The position numbers were made by a program, and so were the translations under genes. The notes under the pieces were generated by a model that worked only from the letters and a program-made list of their open reading frames with translations, was not told where the DNA came from and searched no databases. From the NCBI GenBank assembly GCA_963823665.1, contig CAWGMQ010000003.1, forward strand, positions 1,056,001-1,120,000: a DNA stretch of 64,000 bases, given 5' to 3'. Position 1 is the stretch's first letter; each line of letters opens with the position of its first letter. This DNA is from an uncultured Planctomycetota bacterium (GTDB lineage Bacteria > Planctomycetota > Planctomycetia > Isosphaerales > Isosphaeraceae). Positions 62,021 to 64,000 of the stretch are shown piece by piece.

Positions 62021-64000
62021 ATGCAAGCCGAGGGGTATCGCCGGGCACGAAAACTCATGACATCGCGCGGTGATTACATCGTCGCGCGGGTTTTGGGGTT
62101 TGTGCAATCGCTGTTGCTGGTTGTTCTGCTGGGCATCATCTCGATTTTCGTGTCGGTGCTGGCCTCGCGGGGCGAGGCGCGTTTTCCGCTGCGCGCCGTA
62201 GGCCGGCTGCCGCAGTGGGTGAGCAGCCGCGCGACCGGCGAAGATGCCCGACAGACTGTGTTCACGGACACGGGCGTTTTCCCGCTCGCCGCGCAGGGGC
62301 CTGCTGGCCGAGAATCCGGTCGAGCGTCTGCCGGCACAGGCCCTTGTGGGGCTAACTCGCGTGCTGCCTTCGCTTGCGAAGCAACCTGGGCGCACTTGCG
62401 ACGCTGCTCGGACTGGGGCTGGTCTGCATCATCCTGATCGCGGGCATCGGCGATCTGGCGGCGAACAGTGATCGCGCGGGCCGCCACGGAAGTCGCGGCT
62501 GCGTTACGGCGGCAGATCCATCGCCAGATGTACCGGCTGGGCCAGTCGTCGCTGCCGACCGAGGGGGTCGGGCCGGTGATCAATTTGTGGACGCGGGAAG
62601 TCAACGACATTCGCGACGGGGTGATGGCCGACCTGGACGCGACGCCGCGGCTGCACGTTCTGGCGGGAGGACTGCTCATCATCGCGCTCCTGGTTTCGCC
62701 GATGCTCACGGTCTTCCTGGCGATCGCTGGGCGTACTGGTCTGGCTGATCGCGCGGGTGCTCGACCGGGACGCCCGGCAGGCGAACGAGATCGCGCTTCG
62801 CGACGCTTCAGTGCAGCTCTGCCTGCTCCATGAAGACCTGGGTCTGCTGCGGACGGTGCGTGTATACGGCGTTGGCGAATACGACCGGCAGCGTTTCGAC
62901 GAGCATCTCGAACGGTACCAGCAGGCCGACACCAGGCGGATCATCACGAGCTTCCCGCTCAACCCGAGCACGGCCTTGCTGTACGGGGCAGGAGTGGCGA
63001 TTGCGCTCGGGCTGCTCGGCTACAACGTGATCGTGAACGAGCTGATCACGTTCGCCACGATGCTGATCCTGCTGGTTTCGCTGGCGGGGCTTGCGTACCC
63101 GGTCGCCGAGTGGCTGCGCATGACGAAGACGCTTCGCCACGCCAACCGCTCGGCGCGGGGCGTCTTCGAGTTTCTCGAGCGGCGGCCCGAGCTTCACCAG
63201 AACGTGGGCGCGCACTTCCTGAACGCGCTCAAGGAGCAGATCACGATCGAGAACGTCGAGCTCGAGAGCCGGTCCGGGCCGATCGCTGCTCGAAGGGGTG
63301 TCGCTCGAGATTCCGGCAGGCTCGCGCACCGCCTTGATGGGAGACAACGACGACTCGAAGCTGGCTCTGGCGTGCTTGATTCCCCGCTTGATCGACCCAC
63401 GATCAGGCCGCATCTTGATCGACGGCCACGACCTGCGCGACGTCACTCTCGACTCGGTTCGCGCCAGGTCGGCACCGTGCTTCAAGCCGATCTGGTGTTC
63501 ACCGATTCAGTCCTGGTGAATATCGGGCTGGGCGACCCGATGAACACGCTGCCGCGGATCATCGAGGCAGCCAAGGTGACCCACGCCCACCACTTCATTC
63601 AAGACCTGCCGCACGGCTACGACACGATGATCGGGCCGCTGGGGCACTACTTGAAACCCGACGAGCAGTTTCGCGTCGCGCTGGCCCGGGCCTATCTGCA
63701 CGACCCCTCGATCCTGATCATCGAAGAGCCCAAGGCACCGCTCGATGAGCACACGCGGCATTTCATCGACGACACGCTGTCGCGGCTCTCGATCGGGCGA
63801 ACGCTGATCATCATTCCGCACCGGTTCGCCACCGTCCAATCGTGCGACCACGTGATCGTGCTCGCGAACGGCCGCGTCGAGGACGCGGGCTCGCCGGAAA
63901 AGCTGCATGGCCGAGAGCAAGATGTTCCGCCACCTGGCGTATTCCGAGTTCAACGAGTTCGCCAGCGGCGAGATCGAGGCGGGGCTCTTGCATCAGATCG
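62021..64000 (+). CDS. ABC transporter TMD plus degenerate NBD (several frameshifts; runs off the window end)
   Basis: TM segments; DPRSGRILIDGHDL, FIQDLPHGYDT, ALARAYL, TLIIIPHR. Confidence 0.7.

Noticed and set aside
2835..64000. Many frameshifts (ilvD, hybrid kinase, Ser/Thr kinase, mutS2, ruvB, tsaC, DHS-like, sugar kinase fusion, last ABC) as programmed frameshifting or mass pseudogenisation
   Set aside because: They hit conserved housekeeping genes at scattered positions with otherwise intact motifs and no common slippery site; uncorrected long-read indels are the simplest explanation

Overview
GC-rich bacterial chromosomal DNA. The gene families (DUF1559, TIGR02999-type ECF sigma plus Ser/Thr kinase-WD40, planctomycete-style LRR proteins and REP palindromes) point to a Planctomycetota genome, probably Isosphaeraceae-like; this is an inference. 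Housekeeping genes include ilvD, nadA, glgB, mutS2, ruvAB, Sua5/TsaC, a polyamine pair (pyruvoyl arginine decarboxylase and a deoxyhypusine-synthase-like gene), tRNA-Asp(GTC) and sugar-nucleotide enzymes. Many conserved genes carry single-base frameshifts, most likely read or assembly errors. Main points of interest: (1) a peptide-export locus at 39.8-48.3 kb with a divergent ECF sigma, two tandem double-glycine precursor peptides with Cys-free, Pro-rich cores, an NHLP-type HlyD and both NHLP-type ABC transporters fused into one 1812-aa ORF, with no modifying enzyme adjacent; (2) a TIR-like gene plus a stand-alone RyR-domain gene in a decayed accessory region beside tRNA-Asp, a candidate defence or signalling system; (3) an unannotated 30-aa histone-H1-like (PKKAA) micro-protein; (4) an IS1182 inserted exactly in the loop of a REP hairpin; (5) a diverged duplicate of the mutS2 3' end.
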